Assembly (NCBI RefSeq): GCF_963921235.1
Contig: NC_086097.1
Coordinates: 70,620,001 to 70,684,000 of the forward strand
DNA from: Mobula hypostoma
Taxonomy: Eukaryota
Reading direction: 5' to 3'
Length of the DNA: 64,000 nt
Below are positions 1 through 10,589 of the stretch, piece by piece. The position numbers were made by a program, and so were the translations under genes. A model generated the notes under the pieces. It searched no databases. It saw nothing but the letters and a program-made list of their open reading frames with translations, and was not told where the DNA came from. Within the stretch, counting starts at the first letter, position 1; the number at the start of each line of letters is the position of its first letter.

Positions 1-544
1 GCTCCTTATTTAAGAAAGGATGTGCTGACGTTGGAGAGGGTACAGGGAAGATTCACTAGAATGATTCCAGGAATGAGAGGGTTAACATATGAGCAACGTT
101 TGTCTGCTCTTGGGCTGTATTCCTTGGAGTTCAGAAGAATGAGGGGAGACCTCATAGAAACATTTTGAATGTTGAAAGGCATGGACAGGGTGGATGTGGC
201 AAAGTTGTTTCCCATGATGGGGGAGTCTAGTACGAGAGGGCATGACTTAAGGATTGAAGGGCACCCATTCAAAACAGAGATACAAAGAAATTTTTTTAGC
301 CAGAGGGTGGTGAATCTATGGAATTTGTTGCCACAGGCGGCAGTGGAGGCCAAGTCATTGGGTATATTTAAGGCAGAGATTGATAGGTATCTGAGTAGCC
401 AGGGCATCAAAGGTTATGGTGAGAAGGCAGGGGAGTGGGACTAAATGGGAGAATGGATCAGCTCATGATAAAATGGCAGAGCAGACTCGATGAGCCGAAT
501 GGCCGACTTCTGCTCCTTTGTCTTATGATCTTATGGTCTTATGG
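1..544 (+). mobile_element. CR1-type LINE, 3' end (C-terminus of ORF2 and 3' UTR), cut by window start
   Basis: ORF 169-444 has NFFSQRVVNLWNLLP...SLGIFKAEIDRYL, typical of the CR1 ORF2 C-terminus; ends in a (tcttatgg)n-like tail at about 521-544. Confidence 0.92.
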
Positions 545-950
545 ACTGTTTCTTCATGGGACAGGAGGAGGTTTAGGTACGTAGTCAGTAGAAAGTAGTA
601 AGTGATAACTGTAGGAAGAGCATAGACCCAATGATCTTACCACATTACATCGAGAAGCTTAAAAATATCACATGGGCTCTCAACATGAACACAGTATGAT
701 AGCTGACCAGCTGCACCACACGTCTCAGCCACTCCTCAGTTTGTCACCAGTGCAACAACGCTACCAATGTTCTTTCATATCCAACCTGTTCTATCATATA
801 GAAAATGCTCGTTCATATAATGAATGCTACCTCGTTATATGTCTTTTACACTATTTATTTACTTCTGTACCTTATAGAAATTTTTATGTCTTACACTATA
901 CTGCTGTCATAAAAACAACAAATTTCATGAGATATGTCAGAGATAATAAT

Positions 951-2134
951 TGAATTGACTTTATTACTTACCTCCTTCACATACACGAGGGGTAAAAATC
1001 TTTACGTTACGTCTCCGTCTAAGTGTGCAATGTGCAAATTATAGTAATTTGTAATAAATATTATGTACAACAGGACAGTCAATATAACATAGAAATACAA
1101 TTGTATCAGCATGAATTAATCAGTCTGATGGCCTGGTGGAAGAAGCTGTCCTGGAGCCTGTTGGTCCTGGCTTTTATGTTTCGGTACCGTTTCCCAGATG
1201 GTAGCAGCTGGAACAGTTTGTGGTTGGGGTGACTTGGGTCCTCAATGATCCTTCGGGCCCTTTTTACACACCTCTTTCTGTAAATGTCCTGAATAATGGG
1301 AAGTTCACATCTACAGATGCCCTGGGCTGTCCGTACCACTCTCTGCAGAGCCCTATGATTGAGGGGAGTACAGTTCCCCTACCAAGCAGTGATGCAGCCA
1401 GTCAGGATGCTCTCAATTATGCCCCTGTAGAAAATCCTTAGGATTTGGGGACCCATCCCAAACTTCTTCAACCATCTGAGGTGAAAGAAGTGCTGTTGTG
1501 CTTTTCTCATCATGTATGTACAGACCACAGAGATCCTCTGTGATGTGTATGCCGAGGAACTTAAAGCTGTTCACCCTCTTAACCCCAGATCCATTGATGT
1601 CAATAGGGATTAGCCTGTCTCCATTCCTCCTGCAATCCACAACCAGCTCCTTTGTTTTTGTGACGTTGAGAGGAGGTTGTTTTCTTGACACCACTGTGTC
1701 AGGGTGATGATTTCTTCTCTGTAAGCCTCCTTGTTATTATTTGAGATAAGGCCAATCAATTAGTATCAACAGCAAATTTAATTGGTAGATTGGAGCTGTG
1801 GGTAGCAACACAATCATGGGTATATAGGGAGTAAAGGAGGGGACTTAGTGCATGGCCCTGAGGGACTCCTATGTTGAGAGTCAGAGGGGTGGAGGTGAGG
1901 GAGACCACTCTTACCACCTGCCGGTGATCTGACAGGAAGTCCAGGATACAGCTACACAAGGCAGGGTGAAGGCCGAGGTCTCTGAGCTTCTTGTTGAGCC
2001 TGGAGGGAATTATGGTGTTGAATGCTGAACTGTAGTCCAAGAACAACATTCTCACATAGGCACCCTTCTTCTCCAGATGTGTAAGGATGGTATGTAGAGC
2101 TATGGCTATTGTGTCACCTGTCGATCGGTTGTGT
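951..2134 (-). mobile_element. Rex1/Babar-type LINE, 5'-truncated, degenerate RT
   Basis: Minus-strand ORFs MLFLDYSSAFNTIIP, GVPQGHALSPLLYSLYT, KFAVDT, LNVTKTKELVVD, FKFLGIHI, LPSGKRYR...SFFHQAIRL; frameshifted. Confidence 0.9.
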
Positions 2135-2139
2135 CTGAT

Positions 2140-2440
2140 TCTGAAATACTGAACAGGTCAGGCAAACTCTGTGGAGAGAGAAACACTGTTAATATTTCAC
2201 ATCTGAGGTTCTTCATCAGAAGTGGTAAATGAGTGAAAAGGATAGCTTTTGGCTGCACAGAGGCTGGTGGAGAAGCGGAAAGGGAAATTCTCTGACTGGG
2301 TGAGACTGGGATTGCCATGGTTAAGTAATCATATCACGAACACTGAATACAATGCACTAATTTGGTAGAAGTGCACAAGACCATTTGGACCCGATGGAGA
2401 GCAAATGAAGATAATTGAACATATTAGAGCTTTGAAATGC
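2140..2440 (-). mobile_element. Degenerate Penelope-like terminal-repeat remnant
   Basis: Resembles the pLTR-type repeats elsewhere in the window; minus strand at about 2188-2220 reads CTGATGA-AGAACCTCAGATGT-GAAA, a decayed hammerhead-like core. Confidence 0.4.
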
Positions 2441-2517
2441 AAATCAGAGCTGTTGCAGAGAATATGCAGCCATTAGGGAATGTTGAAATGCTCAGCAGAT
2501 TGGGGGGCAGTTTAGGA

Positions 2518-3345
2518 AACAATGGTCCCCTAGCAGCAACTCCTCTGCTTGCATCTTCGGAAACAGCTCTATTTTTATCTTTAATGTCTCTGTTTTTCCC
2601 TTTCAGGGTTCTTTTGAAGACCCTGACCTGGAGTTAAATGCTGACTTTGGTTCTTTGCAGAATTGGGACCCGCTCTCAGGGGTCTCACAACTGGCCGCTA
2701 TTCGATCTACCAAGGATGCGGCTCAGAAGACGAACACACCTTCAGGGTTCTGGGATTTCGTAGCTCTGGAGGCGAGTGGACTCAAGGTCGGTGCCTCCAC
2801 AGGAAATCAGTGTGTCGTGGGAGATGGAAGATCGAAAGCAACAAGCTGGCTGCTGGCTGTGTGCCCAGAGACACAAGTTCTTTGGGCACAGAGCTCGGAA
2901 AAAACGACGCAAGACTTTTAACACTATGAATCAACGAGTTGTTTTGTTATGTCTCCCTTCTCACTGTGAAAGGGGTCACCTCTTTTTCCCTTATTAGGGA
3001 GAGAGAGAGCCTGTCGTATGCTGAATTACCGGGTGAACGAGTAGTCTTTGGGGTACTGCAAGTCTGTGTCTTTACTGATGCTTTGCTGCACGCTCGAGTG
3101 CTTGGTGGAGGGGGGGGTGCCAATTTTTTTTTGCTGGTGGGAGAGGGGGGATAATTGCTTTGCTGCTGCTTATGCATGTGAGGGGGTAGCTGGGGGGGCA
3201 CTTTGGGGTTCTAACATTTAACTGTCATTCAGTCTTTGGGGGGGCTCCTCTGTTTTTGTGAATGGTTGCAATGAAAAAGAATTTCAGGATGTATATTGTA
3301 TACAGTACATTTCTCTGGCATTAAATGTACCTTTGAACATTTGAG
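2518..3345 (+). mobile_element. Non-coding LINE-dependent (SINE-like) retroposon
   Basis: GC-rich head, GT/T-rich body, and a 3' end attaaa...ctttgaacatttga with a short-repeat tail; a related 3' end lies on the minus strand at about 13720-13990; no coding capacity. Confidence 0.5.
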
Positions 3346-3439
3346 ATTTCCGAGTGTCCGTCGGGGGAGAGAAACTACATCAATTTTACAGCAGATCCGA
3401 AGAGTTCTGACACAAACAAAATCAGTTGAAATAAAGATT

Positions 3440-3670
3440 TAAAAGCAGAAATAGGCCATTGAGCCCATCAGGTCTGCTCTACCATTCTATCATGGTTGAT
3501 TCATTATCTCCTTTCAACCCCATTCTTCTGCCTTCTGCCTCATAACCTTTGACACCCTTACTAATCCAGATCTTATCAAACTCTGCTTTAAATGTACCCA
3601 ATGACTTGGCCTCCACAGTCATCTGTGGCAATGAATTCCACAGATTCACCATCCCCTGGCTAAAGAAAGA
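3440..3670 (-). mobile_element. CR1 3'-end fragment
   Basis: Reverse-complement similarity to 300-520 (...agccaggggatggtgaatctgtggaattc...). Confidence 0.8.
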
Positions 3671-3749
3671 ATATTCATTATTGAGTCCTCACACCTGCAA
3701 GGCTACATTGGGGTTCATGGAAGAATACGGGAGGGCATAGGCAGGTAGG

Positions 3750-4215
3750 TCAGGGTGGTACTGGGATGGAGGATTAACTTTGCAGGCAACAGGGAGCTCA
3801 GGACCACTCCTGCAGACTGAACAGAGGAGCTCCACAAAACAGTCACCTAATCTGTATTTTGTTTCTCCACTGCTGAGGAAACCACATTGTGTACACTGAG
3901 TCTAATCCACTAGATTGGAAGAAGTGCGCTTCCAGATGCATGTGGTCTCACTTGGAAGAGCCTTTTGGTTCCCTGGCTGGTTGGAAAGATCAAGATAAAA
4001 GAGCAACTGTTGCATCTCCCATTGAAGGGAAATGGTTGGTTGAGAGGGAAGAGTGGATTAGGAAATAACAAAGGAAATAGGCCCTTTCAGAGCATTAGGA
4101 TGGGTAGGAGTAGGGCATATGTTTGGTGATAAACTGTACTGAATTTGATGAAGATCAACTTATTTTCTCACATTTTCTGTTATGATGAAGGGTGTTCAAC
4201 TTGAAATGTCAACAT
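3750..4215 (-). mobile_element. Highly degenerate Penelope-like fragment
   Basis: Loosely parallels the GIY-YIG region at 43300-43800; hammerhead-like tgatgaagggtgttcaacttgaaatgtc on + at about 4183-4210. Confidence 0.4.
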
Positions 4216-4494
4216 TTCACTTTCTGAAGGCTTTCCCCAGTCTTTCATGTCTATGCTGAGCATTAGCATTATCTGACTGTTTCATCAAACCTTTGTTTAC
4301 AGAGAACTATAGCAATCCTCATGTCAGATTTCACACTGACCACACTTCCACCATGAATCTTAAATCATCCCAATACACTGCATGACATTATTTTTTTAAA
4401 TACATCTCCCTTAAAGGAAATATGGTCAGAAACTAGAGGCAACTGGAGTGAAGGGTATAGAATTGCCTCCTTGTTAGTTATGATAAAGGAGATC

Positions 4495-5270
4495 TGATAT
4501 CTGGAATCTGTCAAGTAGGGTACTGTGCACAATTCTGATTTGATGGAGACAGATGTGAGAGTATGGAGAAACATCTCGAGAAACTTCTGAAGTGCCCGCT
4601 TTGCTGCCGCTACTACTGCGTGGTAACCGGAATCTCTGGAGCAGAAGGCCCCGAATCCTCGGCTTTGCTTGTTTCAGTGGCTGGGGCGAGGTCGAAGGCG
4701 CTCGGGAGGCTGTATCAGAGGGACTGGTCTGAGGCTCACACATCAAAGTTGCTGGTGAATGCAGCAGGCCAGACAGCATCTCTAGGAAAGCGGTACAGTC
4801 GACATTCCAGACCAAGACCCTTCGTCAGGACACCAGCAACTTTGATGTGTGTTGCTTGAATTTCCAGCATCTGCAGAATTCCTGTGGTCTGAGGCTCGAA
4901 GTGTTCGGATGGACGGACTCAGTGTCGGCTGTGGCCGGGTGCTTCCAATGCATCGGCAAGTTAATGATGCCTGGAGGTTTATGGCAGGGAGTTTCTCCCT
5001 TTTACCGCCTACTATCAGGGTCTTGGGAGTCGATCGGGAGTTGAGACTTTTTTTTACCGTGCCCATAGTTTGTTCTTTATCAAATTATGGTATCGCTTTG
5101 CACTGCTGTAACTATATGTTATAATTATGTGGTTCTGCCAGTGTTAGTCTTTGGTTTGTCCTGTTTTTCTGTGATACCACTCTGGAGGAACATTGTATAA
5201 TTTCTTAGTGCATGTATGCATTTCTAAATGACAATAAAAGAGGACTGAGTGTTCTCATAATCTAATCTAA
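4495..5270 (+). mobile_element. Non-autonomous retroposon (family copy 1, 5'-truncated), interrupted by the Penelope mini-insertion at 4738-4884
   Basis: Colinear with 30312-30948; ends aataaaagaggactgagtgttctc plus (atcta)n. Confidence 0.85.
4738..4884. mobile_element. Penelope-derived mini-element (inverted pLTR pieces) with 13-bp TSD
   Basis: TSD tggtctgaggctc at 4725-4737 and 4885-4897; internal inverted repeat cacacatcaaagttgctggtg / caccagcaactttgatgtgtg. Confidence 0.85.
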
Positions 5271-5760
5271 AGGAGACTGGTGCAACAATGATGCGTGAAG
5301 GGGTCTCTCTTATCTACAGGCTGTTTCCAGAGGCACTTGTGGAGACAAACATCAAGCACTGCTGGCAGATCATCAGCTTGGTGAAAGACGCTGTTTGGTC
5401 TGCCAGCACAACGAGATGTCTGCGGAGGAATGCTGCTGACTGGCACATTCCAGGCTACAGGAGTATGTGCTGAGGGATGCACTGAAGATTGGTGCAGCTG
5501 CTGCAAAGGCTCAGTGGAAAAGGACCTCAGTGTAGGGCTCTCCTCCTACTAGAGAGGGAGAGACAGGTTTGGGGGTGGAGGCTCCTCAGTTATTGTAGAA
5601 GTATGCCATCCCAGAAAGGCGTATGTGAGTGGCAGCAGTGTAATTGATATGTATGAATGTAATAGAACAGTACAGAGAGCACTGACTATGAAAATGCATT
5701 GAAAGATTTATTCTTGTAATAATTTTAAAATTATGAACAAAGTTTATTTTGACAATAAAG
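5271..5760 (+). mobile_element. Tx1/L1-clade LINE 3' fragment
   Basis: ORF 5288-5473 SLIYRLFPEALVETNIKHCWQIISLVKDAVWSA resembles the Tx1 ORF2 C-terminus; A-rich 3' end near 5735-5760. Confidence 0.6.
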
Positions 5761-6280
5761 CAACGATTGGAAGGAAATTGTTGAAAGCTCTTTCGTTTTT
5801 TTCTCCTTCCTTCAATCAACTTCTCCTGGTCTGTGTGATCTCTCTTTATTCTTGCAGTCATCCAAAATGTGAACAGGAAGCCCCACAGTGCCATACCTGC
5901 GCTTTCTGTTGTTCTGTCCAGGCAACTTTCAATTAAATTACATTTAAGAAACAGCAACTCTTTTCCACTGCATACATCGAGCGAACATTGGATTTGTGAG
6001 CTGCTGGTAGCACTGGTTCCTCAGGTTTAAAGTCCAGAGAAATGCATCTTAGAAACTTCACTTGGGAATACGTTAACACTAGAACCATGACCCCATTGAT
6101 AGATTCCAGACAGAGCAATCACAATTTGAGTTAATCTTTTTAGACTGTTTATCAGTTGTTTCTTCCTCTCCACTTTTGTAACCTTACAATCCCAGCTTGT
6201 CCTAACCACATATGTTGGCCTGTGGTCTTGCCTCAGCCATACTAGTTACCATGGGGCTGGAAAATGGCCATTGTTAGAGT

Positions 6281-9200
6281 AAGTCCGTGAGCCAGGACCC
6301 CAAATTTGGGCCACCGGTACCATCTGGGGGGAATAATTCTTATAGTGATTTTTGGCAAGGTATACACCCCTAGAGCTAGAAAATATATGATAGAACTGCA
6401 ACGGTGGTAGCTTTCTGTGTGGTATCACTCGATTTATAACCCTATGCCAAAACACCCTTTTCAAAACTATACGTAGCACAGAATAAAGCATTCTACTTCA
6501 AACTGATGGTTCTCTCTTATTATTGATGCTTTGTCTTTGAAAATTGGTGGGAATATAGCTCAGACTAATGTTTTTCAGGAAAGTTGTTAAAATTAGTATC
6601 TATACAAATATTATCTATGACTGGCACTGACAACACAGTGACTATACATTACATAAGAAGTACTTCTGTTTTTGTGTTCTGTTTCACATTTATATCTTGT
6701 ATATCACCATTTATATATACATTTATATCACCTTTGCAGCAGGTGCTTTTTTCAACAGCAATGTTAATGTGATTTTTTTTTCTGTTTCAGGTACTGTGGT
6801 AGTGGGATAGTCCTGCACAATAAAGGAGAGAGAAGAGTAGAGTAGGTTTAGATCTGGAGTAGCTGAATCAGTTTGCTTCAGAATGGAGAGCCATAAGCAC
6901 TAAGAATCTATTTAAGAAGCAGTGTATCATACACTGGAAAACATCAAAAGAAGATGATGACCATTTAGTTAGTCCTCAATATATGAATCCTGGAAAACAT
7001 TACTTGAAGCAGCCAAAGTGAGAAACTATGCCCCTATTTTAGACGTTGCTAAAGAACTTGGAGAAAAAGGAGTCCCAAGAATCTACTATCACCGAAAATG
7101 CCAAAGCCTCTTCACCATGAAGAGAGACTTAGACTCTGAAAAGGAAAGCCAAGGAAAGCATTACTGATGAAGCTGGTGAGACTACCTGTACATCAAAAAG
7201 GCCAAGTAGGAGATCTTCATTGGAAGCAAGGGTGTATGATCAAATCTACATTTTTTTTTGTAATAAGGTGAAATTTCTGAAGGGCTCCAAGTCACGTGAA
7301 AAGCTCACACATGCTCTGCAACTCAGACCTGACCAAACACTACGGGAAGGTGCAACCCAAAAGGAAGATGAAGAGATTCTAGCAGTAACAAGCAGAGACA
7401 TAGTTGCTGCAGAGGCCCACTATCATGTTTCATGCTATAAGGATTATACCAGAATCAAGAAAAAGGAACCTGAGTACAAAGAGAATGATGATGAAAAAGA
7501 TGGTGATGAACTGTATAAAAGGATTGAAAGGAAAGCCTATAAAGACCTTTTCAAGTATATCAGAACTGATATCATACCCAACAAGATGATTGTACAAGTC
7601 GCTTCTTTGGTCACGAAACTTGAATCTTTCATACTATCTGGTGGAGTTACTCTCCTGCAAGATTCTACAAGGAAGCACATTTGTAGGAATCTGAGCTGGG
7701 CAATTCAGTAGATATATTTCCAGATGACAAAAGAAAATTGTTAATGGTTCCTGAAAGAGTATCATTAAGGGACGTTGTTTTGGAAAATCAAACTCTACAG
7801 AGGGAACTCAAAGTTTGGAGGGCCAAGGCAACCAATTTCAACAAGATCATAGATCAGACTTCATCACAAGGCCCTGTCCACACCAGGAGGATTTCTGAGA
7901 AAGACAAATAAAGCTACTTTAGCCACAGCCTTGCAGAAAAATGTAGCAGTAGAAGAGCAACTCCCAGGAAACTCTGCTACAGTGGTTGATGGAATGAACT
8001 TGGTCCAAAGAGTGAAGAGTGATTAAGTTACTTTCAGAGATGTTGCCACAACAATTCTAGGTATGGCTCTGAGGGAAGGCAGTCGGAGTAGCAGAATAGA
8101 TGTTGTGTTCGACACATACAAGGAGAACGCTATCAAGAATAGTGAAAGATTTCTACGGGGTGAAGAGACTGGTCATGAGTTGCAAGGCATCACAGGCACA
8201 CAGATGGTGAGGCAGTGGAGGAGCTTCCTGACCAAAGTCAGTAACAAAAATAGTCTCATTAGCTTCATAGTCCATGAATGGAGGAAGGCGGAGTACAGGG
8301 CAAAGCTACAGGAGAAGATTCTGTATGCAACTGTGAATGACAAATGTTACAGAATTACATCTCGAGACAGCGAGGAGGTGTCAGCTCTTCAGTGTCAACA
8401 AGAAGAAGCAGATGGCTGCCTACTTCTCCATGCTTCCCATGCCACAACAGAGGAGATACCAATCTGTAGTGATCTGCTCAGAAGACACAGACGTCTTTAT
8501 CATGTCTTTAGCATTTTGTGAGAAGATTGAGGCCCCATTGTTCCAGAAGGGTGGCACTAGAACCCATACAAGGCTGGTAGACATCAGGAAGGTTGCTGCC
8601 ACTGTTGGCATAGAGGTTTGTAGGGCTCTCATCGGGTTGCTCGCATATACAAGATGTGACACTGTAAGCGCTTTTGCAGGCAAAAGGAAGACAAGTGCCC
8701 TAAAACTTCTGACCAGCAACAGGGAAACTCAGGACACATTCTTAGAGTTGGGTCAGAAATGGGACCTCTCTGCGGAACTGATGGACAAACTGGAGGCATT
8801 TACATGTCTCCTGTATGCCCCAAAAGCATCAACCACCAAGGTCAATGAGCTCAGGTATCACCTTTTCTCTGCCAAAAATGGTGAAATCGAAAGTCATCAA
8901 CTCTCACCATGCAAGGACTGCTTAACAAAACATGTACAGCGAGCCAACTACCAGGCTAGTATATGGAGAAGATGTATGGAGAAGATGTTTGGAGAAGGAC
9001 CCACAAGTGCCAAGCCCTGTTGGCAGAGGATGGAAGATGGAGAGAGAAGAGGAAGCTGAACAGTTGGTGGTGCACTGGATGGAAGGCCAACAAGCACCCG
9101 ATGCTGTCCAGGATCTACTGGCCTGTAACTGTCCAAAAAAAATGTTCACTCCCAAGATGTATGCGTGTGGCAAATGGCCTCAGGTGTACTGACATGTGTA

Positions 9201-9758
9201 GACTGGCAGACTGTGAGAACCAGGCATCCACCTCAGAGAGTGTGGAAAGTTCAGATGAAGATGTGGAAGACGTGGAAGACTTGGAAAATTATTATGATTA
9301 CTAATAGGTTATGAAAGTATGGAAAACGAAGTGTGGAAAGCAGTCTTTGATTAAATATATTCATTTTACAACCAAATGGGGCCTAGGTTATAGCCATGTG
9401 GAACCCCCTATTTGAATTATTGTACTGTAATTCTATATGCTATGACAAAAGCTTAAGATTGTTTTGATTTGATACAACAAATATGGAAAATATCACAACA
9501 TTGATAAAACTCCAGAAATCTCTCCAAATGAGGTTTTTTACCTTTTGGGGGGGGAGGGGGTGGGGGCAATATTTTCTGCTGTACTGATGTTAATATGGAA
9601 TATATACAAAAAGTGATTACGTATTTGAAGTAATAAAGCTACCACTAGTGCAATGCTGTCACATGCTTTCTAACTCTAGAGATGTATACCTTGCAAAAAT
9701 CACTATGAGCATTATTCCCCTCAGATGGTACCGACCAACCCTACTGGCTCACGGACTA
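6281..9758 (+). mobile_element. Academ-like (AcademX-type) DNA transposon, internally deleted and frameshifted
   Basis: Imperfect TIRs of about 140 bp: left (a)agtccgtgagccag..ggtaccatctg..gaataat..atagtgattttt..gcaaggtataca..ctagag from 6281, and its reverse complement ending ...ggctcacggacta at 9758. Coding remnants: AAEAHYHVSCYKDY, VVDGM, RIDVVFDTY, QEEADGCLLLHA, SEDTDV, CDTVSAFAGK (XPG/PIN-like), RANYQASIWR, and a C-terminal Cys cluster ACNC..C.ANGLRCTDMCRLADCEN. Confidence 0.75.
6883..9304 (+). pseudogene. Disrupted Academ-type transposase/XPG-like nuclease/Cys-rich protein
   Basis: ORF pieces 7220-7711, 8063-8521, 8337-9059, 8932-9192 and 8963-9304 join into one protein across frameshifts and stops; a 13-bp tandem duplication tatggagaagatg near 8962-8987 causes one frameshift. 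Confidence 0.75.
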
Positions 9759-10589
9759 AATGGGGAATATTGCTGAACAGGAATGCTTGACAGCCTAATA
9801 CCCATTTAAGAGTAACCAGTAGGAAAATGTCTTTCAGAAAGTCTGCTACTTGGAGTGGTTGCTGGCATGACCAGGAGGCAATGCAGTACCTTCTGGATTG
9901 TTCCCTTCCTCTGTAAGTTACTTCAGTTATGCTCTCAGAGGCATTCATTTCATGAACCTAAGAAACCTAAGCAAGGATTCTATCTAATTTAATGCTCTCG
10001 CAACCATTTTGCTCTGTACACCAGGAAACTCCATTCACTGAAAACAGTGGAAAAGAAAATTTTTTGTGGATGAACAATTCCTCAAAGTGCCTTCTCAATG
10101 AGCACCAATCTCCTTCAATGGTCCTTATATGCACATATCATTATCTTTGGATGAATGTTCGTATACGAGTTTGATATAGGTCACAGGTTTAATTGATAAA
10201 TCTTACTTATTGATCATTTTCATGGGGAAGGTAGCTTATTAAAACTAGCAGTAAATGAGTGCCAAGCATGGGATCTTTCCTATCCTATGACAGAAAAGAG
10301 TATATCTCCCAGGAATGGGGACAGCAGGGATTATTGGAAGTGGGAAGTTAAGGATTTGTCATGACATTCCAATCCTATTGTATCCTACATCAACATTCAA
10401 TGTAGGCTTACATGGAAACTTCATCTAACTGTCCAATCAAACCACTCTCAATAAGCAGCAAAATGAAGAAAATCTTATTTACAGTACCATTTAGTTCTCA
10501 CTTATAACTTGCTCATTAATGAAAATCAGACAACTGCAGATGCGGAAATCTTGGACAAACCGCTATCAGCATGTTACTTGTGGAATCAG

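Noticed and set aside
6..410. 134-aa minus-strand ORF and similar antisense ORFs (e.g. 15719-16165, 41029-41697, 61874-62191)
   Set aside because: They are antisense shadows of CR1/Rex ORF2 fragments, not genes.
7220..9304. Possible host gene (tesmin/CXC or XPG/FEN1 family)
   Set aside because: Intronless, with multiple frameshifts and stops, and enclosed by TIRs; better explained as a transposon protein.
9839..9918. Candidate exon bounded by tttcag / gtaagt
   Set aside because: Poor polypyrimidine tract and no recognisable peptide in any frame.
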